Positions 1 to 12,457 of a DNA stretch of 64,000 bases are shown piece after piece. Origin of the DNA: Fimbriosthenelais zetlandica. Lineage: Eukaryota. Location of the stretch: contig OZ365114.1 in assembly GCA_977030845.1 (NCBI GenBank), positions 26,474,001-26,538,000 on the forward strand, written 5' to 3'. The position numbers and the translations under genes are program-made. Within the stretch, counting starts at the first letter, position 1, and each line of letters begins with the position of its first letter. The notes below the pieces were generated by a model. The model did not search any database. It was not told the DNA's origin and saw nothing but the letters and a program-made list of their open reading frames with translations.

Positions 1-21
1 CCTTTCTGGGTCAGGACTTAC

Positions 22-237
22 ATCCTGCAGTAAATCACTGTTCAGCAGTAAATGACGCCCATCACGCCGGAGCCGCCATTTTGTATGAGAATTAACTCCA
101 CTTTGACTCACATCAAACACCCCCGACCCCTGGCCTCCAATCGACCGTCACACGCTTGCTTCATCTGCCTCTTTTAGCGCACGATTTTCTAAGTCCTTGG
201 TGTTCCTCCATGGGTCGTAAGGACAGGCTAATCACCG
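22..237 (-). other. Possible non-coding (5'UTR) exon of a gene running off the left edge
   Basis: Acceptor gtcttcctctctag| at 238 and donor gat|gtaagt at 21. Stops in all frames, several short uORFs. YY1 motif GCCGCCATTTTG at 72-83. Confidence 0.3.
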
Positions 238-3200
238 CTAGAGAGGAAGACATTACGCTGTTTTTGAAGTAAGGGAAAGTAGTCCATCTGGGAGATCAAT
301 GTCTGATGTATTTATCCGCCAGGACAAACCATGGGTGATAAGAAAACCTGCCCTCTTACTTTTGTATCCCCTAGTTTTGCTTATTTATAATTTCTTTAAA
401 GCTATAAAGGCTGGAAATGTTAAGGGCTGGGTGGGGATAAAGTTTTGTGAAAAGGTTGGAGGAAGGGAAAGATAAGCACGAGTGAAAGAGCGGGGGCGGC
501 AGAGATATATTTTGGGAATCTGTTATATTTGGCAGAAATCCAGTCACTTGACATTTCTCTGTGACAAAAGCTTTTGCTGTATGAACTTAATGTAACATTT
601 TGTTCAGCAAGAAATCAAAGATCGTTTATGTATAAATATAATATTGTAACCTTGAACTCCTTCCCCTTGGGTCGCTAGGGCAGGTTAATTCGAAGGATGT
701 GATTATGAAAATGCGTGATGCACTGATCAAATCTGCTATAGGAGTTATGGGAGAGGGAGTTCGGGGGAATGTATGATTTCTCTATGGAGATAAATTATTC
801 CCTATCCTGGCTTCTCTAGATCCCCAGCGTAGCTGGCTTTACCTAAACTCCCTCAATTTAATGAGGCATGTATAATACGCAATAACATTTATGTAACATC
901 ACATCCTAATAGATGCATGCACTTTTGGAATTGATGAAATTATGGATGAACAGATTGAATACATTGCCAAAACAGCACCTATTTGGTGATTTAATTGCCA
1001 GCTGCCAAGACTGGATATTTGATTGAATATACATACATTTCATCGATGATAATATTGGTTTTTCGCGATAGCTTCGCTATTGTCCGAGATTGCCTTATCA
1101 TAAAGTTCCCTTTCCTTTTCTTTCCCTCGCCTCCCCTACCTCCTAATTCCATTACCCCTTCCCTAAATCCCCTGCAATTAAGTAATGAATCATTACAAAC
1201 ACTAGGTGGAAGCACCTAACGAGTTGTATTGATCTTTGAATATCTGTCATAAGCCATCATAGCTGTCATATATCAGGCCGGCAGTCAGTGATGGATGTTA
1301 CCAACATGTGTACGGCAGACAGTCGTGATTGATAGACCTGTAATCCAAATGATTCTGACTTAATGTAATCAATACTTTAATGCCGCTACCCACGGCCACT
1401 CAAATCCAATGATTACTCTATAGCAATTGGGTCTCTCCCCGCGACAGAATTTTGACGGTTATTAGTATAGTCTCCACCCTATTGACTGCTTGCAGGTGCT
1501 TTATGTTGTTTTACTTTACCCATGCATACACGTACAGAATAATATTGTGTTTTTTTTTCAATTCTAGAAGGTTCCATATATAATGAAGACTTAAAATAAT
1601 TGAATGATTCAATTTAAAAGTAAAGATATCAATAATTGAAGATGAAAGGACATCATTTACATTAGAAAATAATTGTCCAATAAAAGTAATTAAATATGAT
1701 TAAACATCAGTCTCTATATAGAGAGTGAAAACATGTATATCAAATCTATGAAGGTCATGATATAGATTTTACTATTTACTGCTTCTATATGAATTCGATT
1801 TGAAATCCGCGTCTGGATATCATTTTCGTTTCCGGAGATCGGTTGGATCTGACCTTTCACAAGATAAACTTCCAGTCTCGAATGAGTATTAATCTATCCA
1901 CAAAGACAGATTTTTCATGCGTGACATTTTGCCAGGACTAAACACCGTCTGTTCTCATTAGAGTTTGGTGAATTTATGGAGAGTAAAAACTCCCTCTCTG
2001 CCGTCCAGGGACGTTCTGCACAATTTCTCTCTTTCCAGCCTCGCCCAACATTGCCCAGATATACCAGGCCTATTGTAAACTTTTATAAGCATTGGCAGGT
2101 GTAAGGGGGCCACAGGGGGCTACAGGGGGTTAGAGTGGGTTACAGGGGGCTCTTGGTTAATTGTCAAAACCAGACTTTCTCCAGTCTGATTTAAATATGC
2201 ACCTCTGCGTACCCGGACCTCCTACTGAAATTGTGTGAACAGATTCCATGAGGGATTCACGAAGAAATAACGACCAATCTCTTACTGGAATATTCACGTT
2301 TGTTACCCTGATTAAATCCTTCATTAAGCCCAATATAAAGTACCAACGTTACGGGGAAAGGATGGGAACTCCAACACAAAGGCAGATCCCCACATAATAG
2401 TGAGGGCTGGGAGGTTTTTTCTTACATCGTTTGTAAGGTATCACACCCATCTCCCAGCAGGTATCCCACTAACTAGATACACCTGGTGAATATGACCCAT
2501 TACCCGGAGTCTATCACCACCCTGACAAGCACACCAGCTCCCTCTACCCTCAACCCTTAATCCCTCCATCCATCAACCTACTCCTATACTACTACTACTA
2601 TAGTCACGCCGCCCGCCAACATGGGATGCATGGAACAAGTGGTTAGGGAGATGGTTGTGATTAGGCTGGTATTATGTGGGTAGAATACAACCTTCAACAT
2701 GTAACGTTTACATCAACCTACATAACATCTATATATATTATTCTAGATTGATATGTATCTAAACAAATCTAGCCCCATTATTTTCAGTCCACGTAAATGT
2801 ACTTGCTTTCATGGCTTGACAACCAACTCTTTACGCAAAGAAATTTGTTGATTTTTACCAACAGGGCCCATCATATTATCCCATGAAATGTTATTGAAAC
2901 ATAGTGTGAATATTACACAATCTGAATGGAAGGATCCTTCAGGAATTTGGTTGAACCCAAAGTTTGAGGTGTAGCCCAAAGAGGCACTGAGAGCAGAATG
3001 CTTAAATGGTCTCGGTCATGGCACATCCTAAACCCAAATTGCATTAAGGAGCAATTCCACACGTTCGTTTTGGTAGTAATTTCTTTACCGTATACTTACT
3101 ACCATGCATGCCCTCAGCAGGCATTTTGTGCTGGTTGTTTTCCAGAGTTACCCTAAACCTTTAAGAGCAATTGGTAAAAACAACCCTCTTTCAAAATACC

Positions 3201-5229
3201 CAGACAATTCCTTCATGATATCATTTGATACTTAAGTGTGATTTAAGCATGCGGTTTTTTTGCTTGAATCCCAACAAAAAAACGCTTTTCTAATTGCATA
3301 CTTTGATCGTCAAGCCAATTTAAAGTAAACTTTCTTGAGGCAACAAGTGAAAAAATGAGCCATGCAATCAATATGAGTGAGGAAGGACGGCAGAAACATG
3401 TGAAATAGACATGATTAATGTCTGAACATGTGAGCATGAGAACATGTGAAATCCATTTCATCCTGAACAGCTGTGAAACGATCTCATATCGCCAGCTTCT
3501 TACACGCGTTTCCTGCTTCAGGTACCACAACACAAAATCCACTTTGATAAAAAGCTAACTTGCCATGTTATTTGCTTTGTAAACATGAATGTAGGAGTAG
3601 ATTGCTTGACACCTTCCCCCATCATCGTTAAAAGGCTAATTGTTATTGTTGTTTGCTATCATATAGGTGTTTAAGTAATCCACAGCAACAGTTTAATGTA
3701 TTTAAAAGGTTAATATATTTATAAACCATACGAATATATACTATTGGAATGAATTTTCAGCTTGCATGAGTGTTGAAAGAGGATACTCCTCATGTTCGAA
3801 TTCATGGATCAAGAACTAACATTCCGGGTTCATTACAATAACAAGATTTAGTTCGTAGAAAGCGTCTAGTTATCTTAAAGGTTTAAGGCAGAATGAGTTG
3901 TAATAAGGGGGTAGATACAAGGAAGGCTTTCTTGTTCTTTCAAGTCATGCCTGTGGTAAGTTGTAACTATTGATCGTACTGTCTAAGATCAGATATATGA
4001 AGCTGAACGCCTACTCGATGCTTATTTATGTGAAAACTAGCCACACTTTATGCCCACAGTTATCATTATCAATAACTTTTGATGGGGCATAAAAACTGCC
4101 CCCAACGCCTGCGTATGTAGGAAGAGAGGGCTCGAGCGGCAGTACTTAGTATTGTCAGGCGGATTCACTTGGGTTTAGTGTTGCTTTCACCCAACGTTAA
4201 GCAAAAATAACACCCACAAAACATAGCAAGGCAGGTTATGTCAAGTTCTGGTCATAATTCCAGGATGTTCATCCATTTTCAGGACATTTTTTATTATCTT
4301 TATTGGGGTTCGTGAAATGTATTTCCAAAACAGGATGATGGAGCTAGCCAAGATGATGGGTGTTTTCAGTTTCAAAATTTGGATATTACAGTAATGAAAG
4401 GGCTTTGAAATGCAAATTCAAGGGAGATAATGAAAAGGAATAGGACGCAATGGCATTTGATTTTGATTAAAACCATTGAATATTATGAGAAATTAGGTCA
4501 GGTTTTGGATCAATAGCAATTATTATTAATGGGCGCTGTTTAACAAAGAGAGATGACTGGGGAATGTAGGAGTAAGTGGGGAGGAAGGAGAGAGGAGTTT
4601 GTAAGGTGGAGTTGTCATGGCATAAACTATCATGATTCAAGGTGCCTCAGCCAAATGATGTATAAGCTTTCTCATACATGCTAATAAACCTCCTCCCGCA
4701 GATTCCAGAAACTTTCACTTCTCATCTATTGCGGCTGGTTTTTACTGCACCTCTCTGACTGGATGGTTCATAGTGTGATAATGACTTGAGGGAGTGAGAG
4801 GGTGAAAGTGAAGAATGAGGGAGATATGAAGGAACAGGAAAAAATATTAAAACATTCCCATGAACCGAGTAGGAGCTATCTCTCCCCATTCCCATCTGTA
4901 CATTATATTCATTTGAGCATCATAAGTAATTCTCCTGTCCTCCCTTTTGGATTTTTTTTGACTCGTTTGAACAAGGCACGAAGCCCCTAGGCACATGCTC
5001 AGGAAGGGATTACCTACGTCACAAAGGTCAGCGGTGCTAGCTTGGACCGAGCCCTTCCCACCATGGATACGCCTGCCTTTCCTCCTACCGGAAGACACCC
5101 AGATCTGCGCGCGCAGCCGTCACGTATACGTCACAGCTTATCTCGGCCTGTCATGCCCCCTACCAACTCAGCACGGTACCTACTTCTATCACTCCCCTAT
5201 TATCGCCTTCCTAGTAGACTCTAGCTAAT

Positions 5230-5365
5230 TTTTCCAATTGTCAGTCATTCCCTATTTATCCTCAAATGAGGTTTCATAATCAGGATTTGTTTTTCACATA
5301 AAAGTCTTTTCCAAGGTACTAAATATGCTTTTCCAATTGACAGACATTCCCTATTTATCCTCAAA
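5230..5365. repeat. 37-bp direct repeat, two copies 99 bp apart
   Basis: ttttccaattg(t/a)cag(t/a)cattccctatttatcctcaaa at 5230-5266 and 5329-5365. Confidence 0.8.
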
Positions 5366-6339
5366 ACAAGATCCGTCATCAATTTCGGTGGATTTTTTTC
5401 ACATTTACTAAATATAATCCCTGGCATCATAAAACATGGCACCGTTTGGTACCATTTATCACTAAACATGTCTATTCTGTATCGCCAATCCATGCCCAAA
5501 GGTGAATGTTATACATCACTTTTTTCCACTTTTCACTCCTCTTGTAATTTAGGGTAACATCTAAACTGACCCAGCACACAGATGGCCTGCTTGATACACC
5601 TGTGGGTGAGATCCGAGCAAGCAGTTATTATGGATAGATTTTGTCTTATGAAATATGTACAGCTTTCCCCGAGTCTAATACATCAGAGTCTATTGCCCGC
5701 CTGCTATAAAACTGCTGGCCGCCAACTTTGCCTACTTAATACTGGCCTCAAGCTTGCACCTTTCTTAGATTGCCTCCGCACGATGAATGCTCTCATGAAC
5801 GGATCATGATAGGTTAGACATTGCTTTTAATCCTGGAAGATTCTAATATTGTCCTTGACATCATAACCAGGTGAAAGCAATCACCGAAATGAGATGGGAT
5901 CTTACGATATGGATTACTAGGCCTTCCCAATCACTATCTCTCTATAGCCATGTACAGGGGATAACACACTCACATAGTCCCTCACAGATTAGTAATCTGA
6001 ACGATCAGCAACTACTCACTCACTCAATAACTCATTCACTCCCACTATCACTCACTCATTCACAAAATATTTATTTCCAGCATCATTTTCCTATTTTCGC
6101 ATGCAGTTGTGATATATTTCAGCGCCGCTAGGTAAGTGGGAGGAGCTGATCACTAATTGGGAGTCAATTGCTCGTGGATAAACTCAGCAAGAAGCCATGA
6201 GTAGCTCACGTCCCCCGCCTACAGGGGGCGGCAGTAATGGGGACCTGAGAGGTATTACAGATGAAAAATATGTAGTAATATAAAAACATGGAGAATGTAA
6301 GGGGAACATGATTATGAGCACTTATTTCTGTAAAAATAT

Positions 6340-6610
6340 GTTTACAAAATGCAGTCCTCCCTTCAGTCTTTTCTCCCTGGGTTCCCGGTGCCATTGCAGT
6401 TTCATTTTCTGCTATTCTTTTATTGGGCATTTTTCTCTTTACTTTGTCTCTATTCCTACTCTATTCTTCTCCCTGACCTTGGGTTCCTGTCTCTTTCATT
6501 TCCCGCTGTCCTTTCGGGTATTCCCCTCTTCACTGCATTCTCTCTTTTACTATTTTTCTCCCTCTCCTTGTCCTCTCTCTCTCCCTCCCTGACTTTCCTT
6601 TTCCACCCTT
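6340..6610. repeat. CT-rich low-complexity tract
   Basis: Strongly pyrimidine-biased on +. Produces the F/S/L-rich spurious ORFs at 6308-6912. Confidence 0.8.
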
Positions 6611-9600
6611 GCAGTTCAGTGCAACTTTTCTCGCCAAATCCCCATGCACGATCACATGACCCTCGGAATATTTCGATCACGTGCCTTGGATTTAATCGTC
6701 CTATTATCGCTCACTCTATTTCCTCCACTGTAGACGCTGGCGCCCCCTTGAGGTATGATATTGGAGTTTATCTCCATCCCGCGGGAGTTGCATTGCTACC
6801 TGGGAAAAAGGCCTGCAAGGCGCAAACTGCCAATGTTGACCGTCCTTCAAGGAACCCGCCTTCTACACACGAGGCGCCAATTTCAATATTGATTCCAACT
6901 CGTGTTTTTTAATCACTCGAGTGGGGGTTGACTCCCCATGCAACTGCCTCAGAATCAAGCTCTCTCTTTGCTTGTTTTCAAACGCAATTTCCCTAGCAAC
7001 GCCCGTCATGCCACACTTGTTCATTGTTGCCTGGTTTTGGACAATGATTGCAGATTGTTGTGAGTCTATAGACTGAGGCAGATATGCAGGGTTTGTATTG
7101 TGATGGGTGATTAAAAGCTTCTGATGCATTAGGCAGAGCTGCTCACAGCTAAATACAATACATACATGTGTTTCGGTGCACATTCGGCATGGCCCCGGGC
7201 AGTCATCAATGGTTGGCCACAAACTCCCAATACAATGAGCTCAGCATTTCCAAAACTAATCCTATTTCAATCTCAGAATTTATTCTGAATTCCGCTTGTT
7301 GAATTCTTGCTTGTTGTGCAGTTCACTGTCTCTGCCCGTGAATAGAATATTCAGAAGAATTCTTCACAATGAGATTAAGACAATTGGGAAGAAGCGTTGA
7401 TCTTCGCAGAATCAGTGTTTTTCGTCAAATAATTAATTTATGCTTCAGTGAAAGTGAAAGGAAAGGGAAGAATGTTAGTTATATGTAGGAGACATGCCAT
7501 TATCTCAAAATACATCTCAAGATAATCACAAATTGTAGGAACTAGCTCCCAAAGGGATTCCTGTCACTTTTAATGACAAAAAATAGCAGCCTAATCTTGG
7601 AATGGATCGAGTATCAGAGAGATAAGTCAGGTCAATACTTTGCAATACTTTGTCAATCAAAAAATGCTCACGTTTGCCAGCAGAGTGATATTATAAATGT
7701 ATACATCAGATGACAATTTGCCAGCATCAATCGATAGACAGGCACGTACAACATTGTGTCACAAACAGCGTGGCTCGGCAAGGGACCTGGTCCCCCGGGA
7801 TCAACTAAAAAGAACAAAAGATCGAAGAGCCAGGCAGCAAAAAATAGATGCTGAACGAGGAAATGCAATTTCCTGGTATTTGATAGCTGGCAGGAGCATT
7901 GTCCTTATCAGCTGGCAAATGACATATGCATCAACACGTATAGGACACAGGCTATGGTGCTATGGTGGGACAAGTCTCTAAAATGTTCCCAAACTGTTCC
8001 ACGACAAATAAGCCGCTTGCTAATCATTTAAAAAAGTGATGGAGTTCAAAACATCTTCCGCCTCATGATTATAATTCTGAGTGACTATCTTCGGGTTCTG
8101 ATAGGACTATGTTAGACCCCTTACACTCTTGAAGTTACTCCCTAAGGTCGTCTCGTAAATGCCATGTAAGATTTACTTAAGAGTTATCTTTCAAAATTCT
8201 CGGCATGGACTACGATGTTTATCGTATTGAGTGTGTAGTAAGCCTGGAAAATAGGCTTAAGACGGGACTATCTACCAATCAATGAATTCACAACACGTCC
8301 CGAGTGCAGTCCAGCCCTTATACGATGACCTTTTAGATGCTTTTTGTTCTCACAATAAAAAGAAGATAAAGGTATAAACAGAAAAACTAGCAAGCAAATG
8401 ATATCAACATTCCCTTGCCCTGCCTTAACACATCTAGGAGGTTTAACAATTTGAATATATTAAACACCACCTGAGATCGGCTTTAATATTATGGAAATCA
8501 GTCTTCAATATTGAATATTGAATTGGGAAGGTTGGATCAATCCTGTTGTACAGAACTGGTTGGTAGAGCCACGTATCAAACTGCAAACTTCAAGTTTAAA
8601 AGCTAAAGTTTGGAGCCCGCAGGGGGTATAACCAACATCAAACACATATTTGATGGCCTTTTTGAGTGCTAAATCCCGAGCCGGTCCAGGCCCTTGAATT
8701 CCTATACTGAAATATTGTTTACATCATGCATGATGATAGAGCATAATTTGTTGCAGGACATGGTTCCTATGCATGTATACACTCTTAGTATCAAAACATT
8801 GTGTTGTTAGTTGAAGATTCTAGACAGGAAGACCTCATTGCAATGAAGCAATCTATATAGGAACAGAATCTTCCCGGTGCCCCGACTCGCTGATGTAGTC
8901 GACACTGCTACACAACTTGTGAAAGGCAACCAGGGCCCCATGGCGAGTGAACAATTATCTATTTAGAATTTGAGAGGATGGGGCCCTGTAATCTAGAGAT
9001 GTGATCCCATCTCGGTGGAGTCGTGCATCTTAAATCGCTGCCCGCTTCCCGTTATCATTTATTGACGGAACAGGAAGTGTGTCGCCTTTCGCGACAAGCG
9101 CTCAACCTGACCTCTGGTGGCCTATTCTCAGATACCGGATATGGTGAAGGACCAGACACCTCGTGTCCATTCAGAGCACTGGAATAGTCCAATGAAAGAT
9201 TGAGGGGATAGACTGGCGAGGGAGTGAGGAACTACTTTGTAATACTTTGTATTACTCCGCACAGTGCAGTCCCCACCTATCAACATTCTGGTAACACTTG
9301 GGATGTCTGGATCGTATTCTTTCAGCGCCTCCTCTTTTTCTTCACAATAAACATTCACTGTTTACACTCCCTCTTAGTGAATTGAGCCTGCTTGGGATTC
9401 TTTTTCATTCACTCCCACTCATCATAGTCGGTAATGGCTGAAATATCAATATGACCGTAGCATCCAGAAAGATTTCTGCACATCAAAGCCGACTTTGCAA
9501 TAGATGTAATCACTATAATAAAAGCAATTTATAGATCTCGATATTATATTATATGCATAGGCCATAAAGCAGATCATATCTTAGTTAATCCCATTTTCAT

Positions 9601-10963
9601 GAAAAAATACGAGGAAAATATAAAATAATCCTCCTGTCAGATAAGGATCGAATGATCGCTGTTGGAGATCCATTCAATCCAAGTATCAATATCCTCCCTC
9701 CAATAGAAACCATCAATTTCACGTTTTTTTATCTTAAAATATGCAGAAAAATGTTTTGAAAGACCATTGATCATGATGTATCATTGGGCAGGCTGATCGA
9801 TGCTGAAATCAATGATACTCTTATACATTCCATACAACCTGCACCGTGCCCAGAGTACTACGATGCTATGTGTTTGGACTATAGCAAACATTTCATAATC
9901 ACTCTGAATCTTGTACATGTATAGAATAGGGTTATGTATACATTCTACCACCAAATGAAATATATGATAATCCAATTTTGTTGAACAACAATGTTTTATG
10001 TCTATTGTTAAGTGTGCAGTTTCAACAAAATTAATTCAGAACATGTTCCTCAACGCTACCGGCAATTGTGTCTTTGAGTCTAAGATTACAAAACTGGTAT
10101 TTTTTTCTTTTCTCATTACCCCATCTTTATTTGAAACCCAAGAGCAAGTAAAAACTCCTTCAGCGGATGTCTGGCAGAGAGGCACCCCGGCCTTGTAAAA
10201 CAGCAATATGGGATGGACACGGCATCACTTTCAGCACTTTTAATTGAAAAAGCTATTTTGGCCTGGTTTGGTGGAAATATGTTTAGTGTGTCACATTTAG
10301 AGAACGTTTCAATGGAAGGACGGCTATAAATAATCAGATCTACAGACAGTGTTCAATTTGGTAAATAATTTCTTCCAAATTGGCACGAAGACCTCAACGC
10401 CCCCTTATTTAGAACCTTGGTCGCCTTGCTATAGTTTTGTTCTCAAGTTATACAATAGGGGATGGGCCAACAGATGACTTTGTTACCCAAAAAGTGTTCT
10501 TTCTAGAAATCATTCACAACTGACCATAAATCCATCACAAAGATATACAAGCAGTCTTTGCATGAGCAGCTCCTTTTTTCATGGGCAGCTTCAGAAACTC
10601 TTATCTCTCTGTGGATATGGAACCATCATAAGACAACATGCAAATGAGTCCTCCTTTTCTTTGTCTGATACGTTTGTCTAGAATTCCCAAGGAGTTGTTT
10701 GGTATGTATGAACTGGTGGCAATGAAATATACATCGCTTTCCTAAGGCCCCCTGGTGTATTTTTTGTGTGGGAAGGGGGAGGAAGTCAATTATCTAGCGC
10801 TGATCTAATTATAGTTATGACATCATCATCCTGGTCCCAGAGAGGACATGTCCATGGGCAAAGGGGGGCGCCACACACGGCTTAATTCACAGCGCATGCG
10901 CAGGAACTTGAGACGTGTCTCTGGATAATTCAACCTCCAACAGAATATTTTGTTAAGGTTGTG

Positions 10964-11130
10964 CTCCACTGCTGCTATTTTGCTTGCGACACTACTGCGA
11001 GAAAGGTGATGCAGTGAAAAATGTACCAATGGCCTGCGACAAAGTTGATGCAGTGAAAAATGTACCAAATTCCTTGGACACTCATTCCTACACAAATTTC
11101 ACCTTTGTCGCAGTAGTGTCGCAAGCAAAA
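10964..11130. mobile_element. Second, degraded copy of the 46.2-kb MITE in opposite orientation
   Basis: 10964-11012 matches 46217-46265 at 47/49 positions. Inverted arm at 11099-11130. The core aligns with the reverse complement of the 46.2-kb core (ccttggacact vs ccttagacact; attcctacacaa vs attcttacacaa). Confidence 0.85.
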
Positions 11131-11256
11131 GCAAACAAAGATATACGAGTAGGACGATGGGGCATTCCATCCAACAATTTCAACATATTATCGTTTTAGT
11201 CTATTTTAACCAGGCAAACAGTTTAAAGGTTAAATTATAGATAGTGTCCTGCTTAC

Positions 11257-11327
11257 CTCACCGTTGACCACATTGTTTCCTCATGGTGAAGCTGTGATAG
11301 GTTTAAGCTACTTGACACCACGTTAAC
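11257..11327 (-). other. Orphan exon-like segment, 71 bp
   Basis: Acceptor ctttctttgttttaatctttctag| and donor gag|gtaagc. One open frame (VNVVSSSLNLSQLHHEETMWSTV), no recognisable homology. Confidence 0.3.
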
Positions 11328-11996
11328 CTAGAAAGATTAAAACAAAGAAAGTATATCATTGGTCTGCATCTTCACAGTTTTAAAGATCTTGGGAGGTTAT
11401 GTGGTAGGGTGAGTGTCCTATTAATAATTTAGGATGTTAGGGCAGTTTGTGGGAGGGTGGCTGTGTTGTTGGGTGGGTATTTGGGAGGGAAGGAGAGATT
11501 TTGGATGGGAAGGAGAGATAGGAGAAATTTGGGATGGGGATGAGGATGTGTGAGAGTTGCGGTGTGTGGGAGGGTGGCACGACTGGTGGGTAGGAAGGGC
11601 AATTGGTGAGGGAAGTATACAGAATTGAGAATAGATTCGACTGACAATTATATTTCCTCTAGTCAGCTGAACACACAATAAACAATAATCCATAGAAATA
11701 GAGAAAACTATATAAATTATCCCTAACATAGCACATGAATGGATACAAGAAGGGAGAATAAAAATCATAAGTTTAAGAAGAGTGATATATATGAGCAAAT
11801 AGTTCTTTTTCATAGGTAGATTCCAGTCTTGACAGTTGTAGCTTGGCTAGAGTTTCAGGCGCTATCATGATGCCAGTTTTTGAGTGAAGTTGCCTGCAGT
11901 GTTCCCAGCAGGCCCCTAGCCAGGGTAATAGGCCCCGTGGGTGCCTCATGACAAGCTATATCCTCCCATGGTTAACGGTGAGAAAAGAGACATGGA

Positions 11997-12156
11997 CAGG
12001 CACACTAAGGCACCCAACAGGCACATTAACGCACTCAACAGACACAATAACGCACTCAACAGGCACAATAACGCACTCAACAGGCACAATAACGCACTCA
12101 ACAGGCACAATAACGCACTCAACAGGCACAATAACGCACTCAACAGGCACTCAACT
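11997..12156. repeat. Minisatellite, about 7.5 copies of a 21-bp unit (caggcacaataacgcactcaa), directly upstream of the 35-bp array
   Basis: Near-perfect central copies and degenerate edges. Explains the repetitive ORFs at 11941-12244. Confidence 0.95.
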
Positions 12157-12186
12157 CTCAATCCACCTTCACATAACTCAACATTT

Positions 12187-12457
12187 GTCTTTTGGACCCC
12201 AAACGTTAAACAATGAACCCCGTCTGTTGGACCCCAAACGTTAAAGAATGAACCCCGTCTTTTGGACCCCAGACGTTAAAGAATGAACCCCGTCTGTTGG
12301 ACTCCAGACGTTAAAGAATGAACCCCGTCTGTTGGACCCCAAACGTTAAACAATGAACCCCGTCTTTTGGACCCCAGACGTTAAACAATGAACCTCATCT
12401 GTTGGACCCCAGATGTTAAACAATGAACCCCGTCTTTTGGACCCCAGACGTTAAACA
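12187..12457. repeat. Minisatellite, about 7.7 copies of a 35-bp unit (gtcttttggaccccaaacgttaaacaatgaacccc)
   Basis: Period 35 (12187, 12222, ... 12432), with a few recurring variant positions. Confidence 0.96.

Noticed and set aside
2357-2374. 18-bp exact match (aaaggatgggaactccaa) to 57162-57179
   Set aside because: It does not extend on either side, and a single match of this length in 64 kb is not clearly beyond chance.
6308-6912. Longest ORFs in the left half (187 aa and 94 aa)
   Set aside because: They are translations of a CT-rich low-complexity tract, overlap in several frames and show no domain.
8556-8610. TGGTTGGTAGAGC as a tRNA or SINE A-box
   Set aside because: No B-box (GTTCRA), acceptor stem or cloverleaf follows.
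12187-12457. 35-bp regular repeats (also 51087-51510 and 41463-42178) as CRISPR arrays
   Set aside because: The units are contiguous or their spacers are themselves repeated, so there are no unique spacers. There are no cas genes, and the context is a spliceosomal-intron genome.
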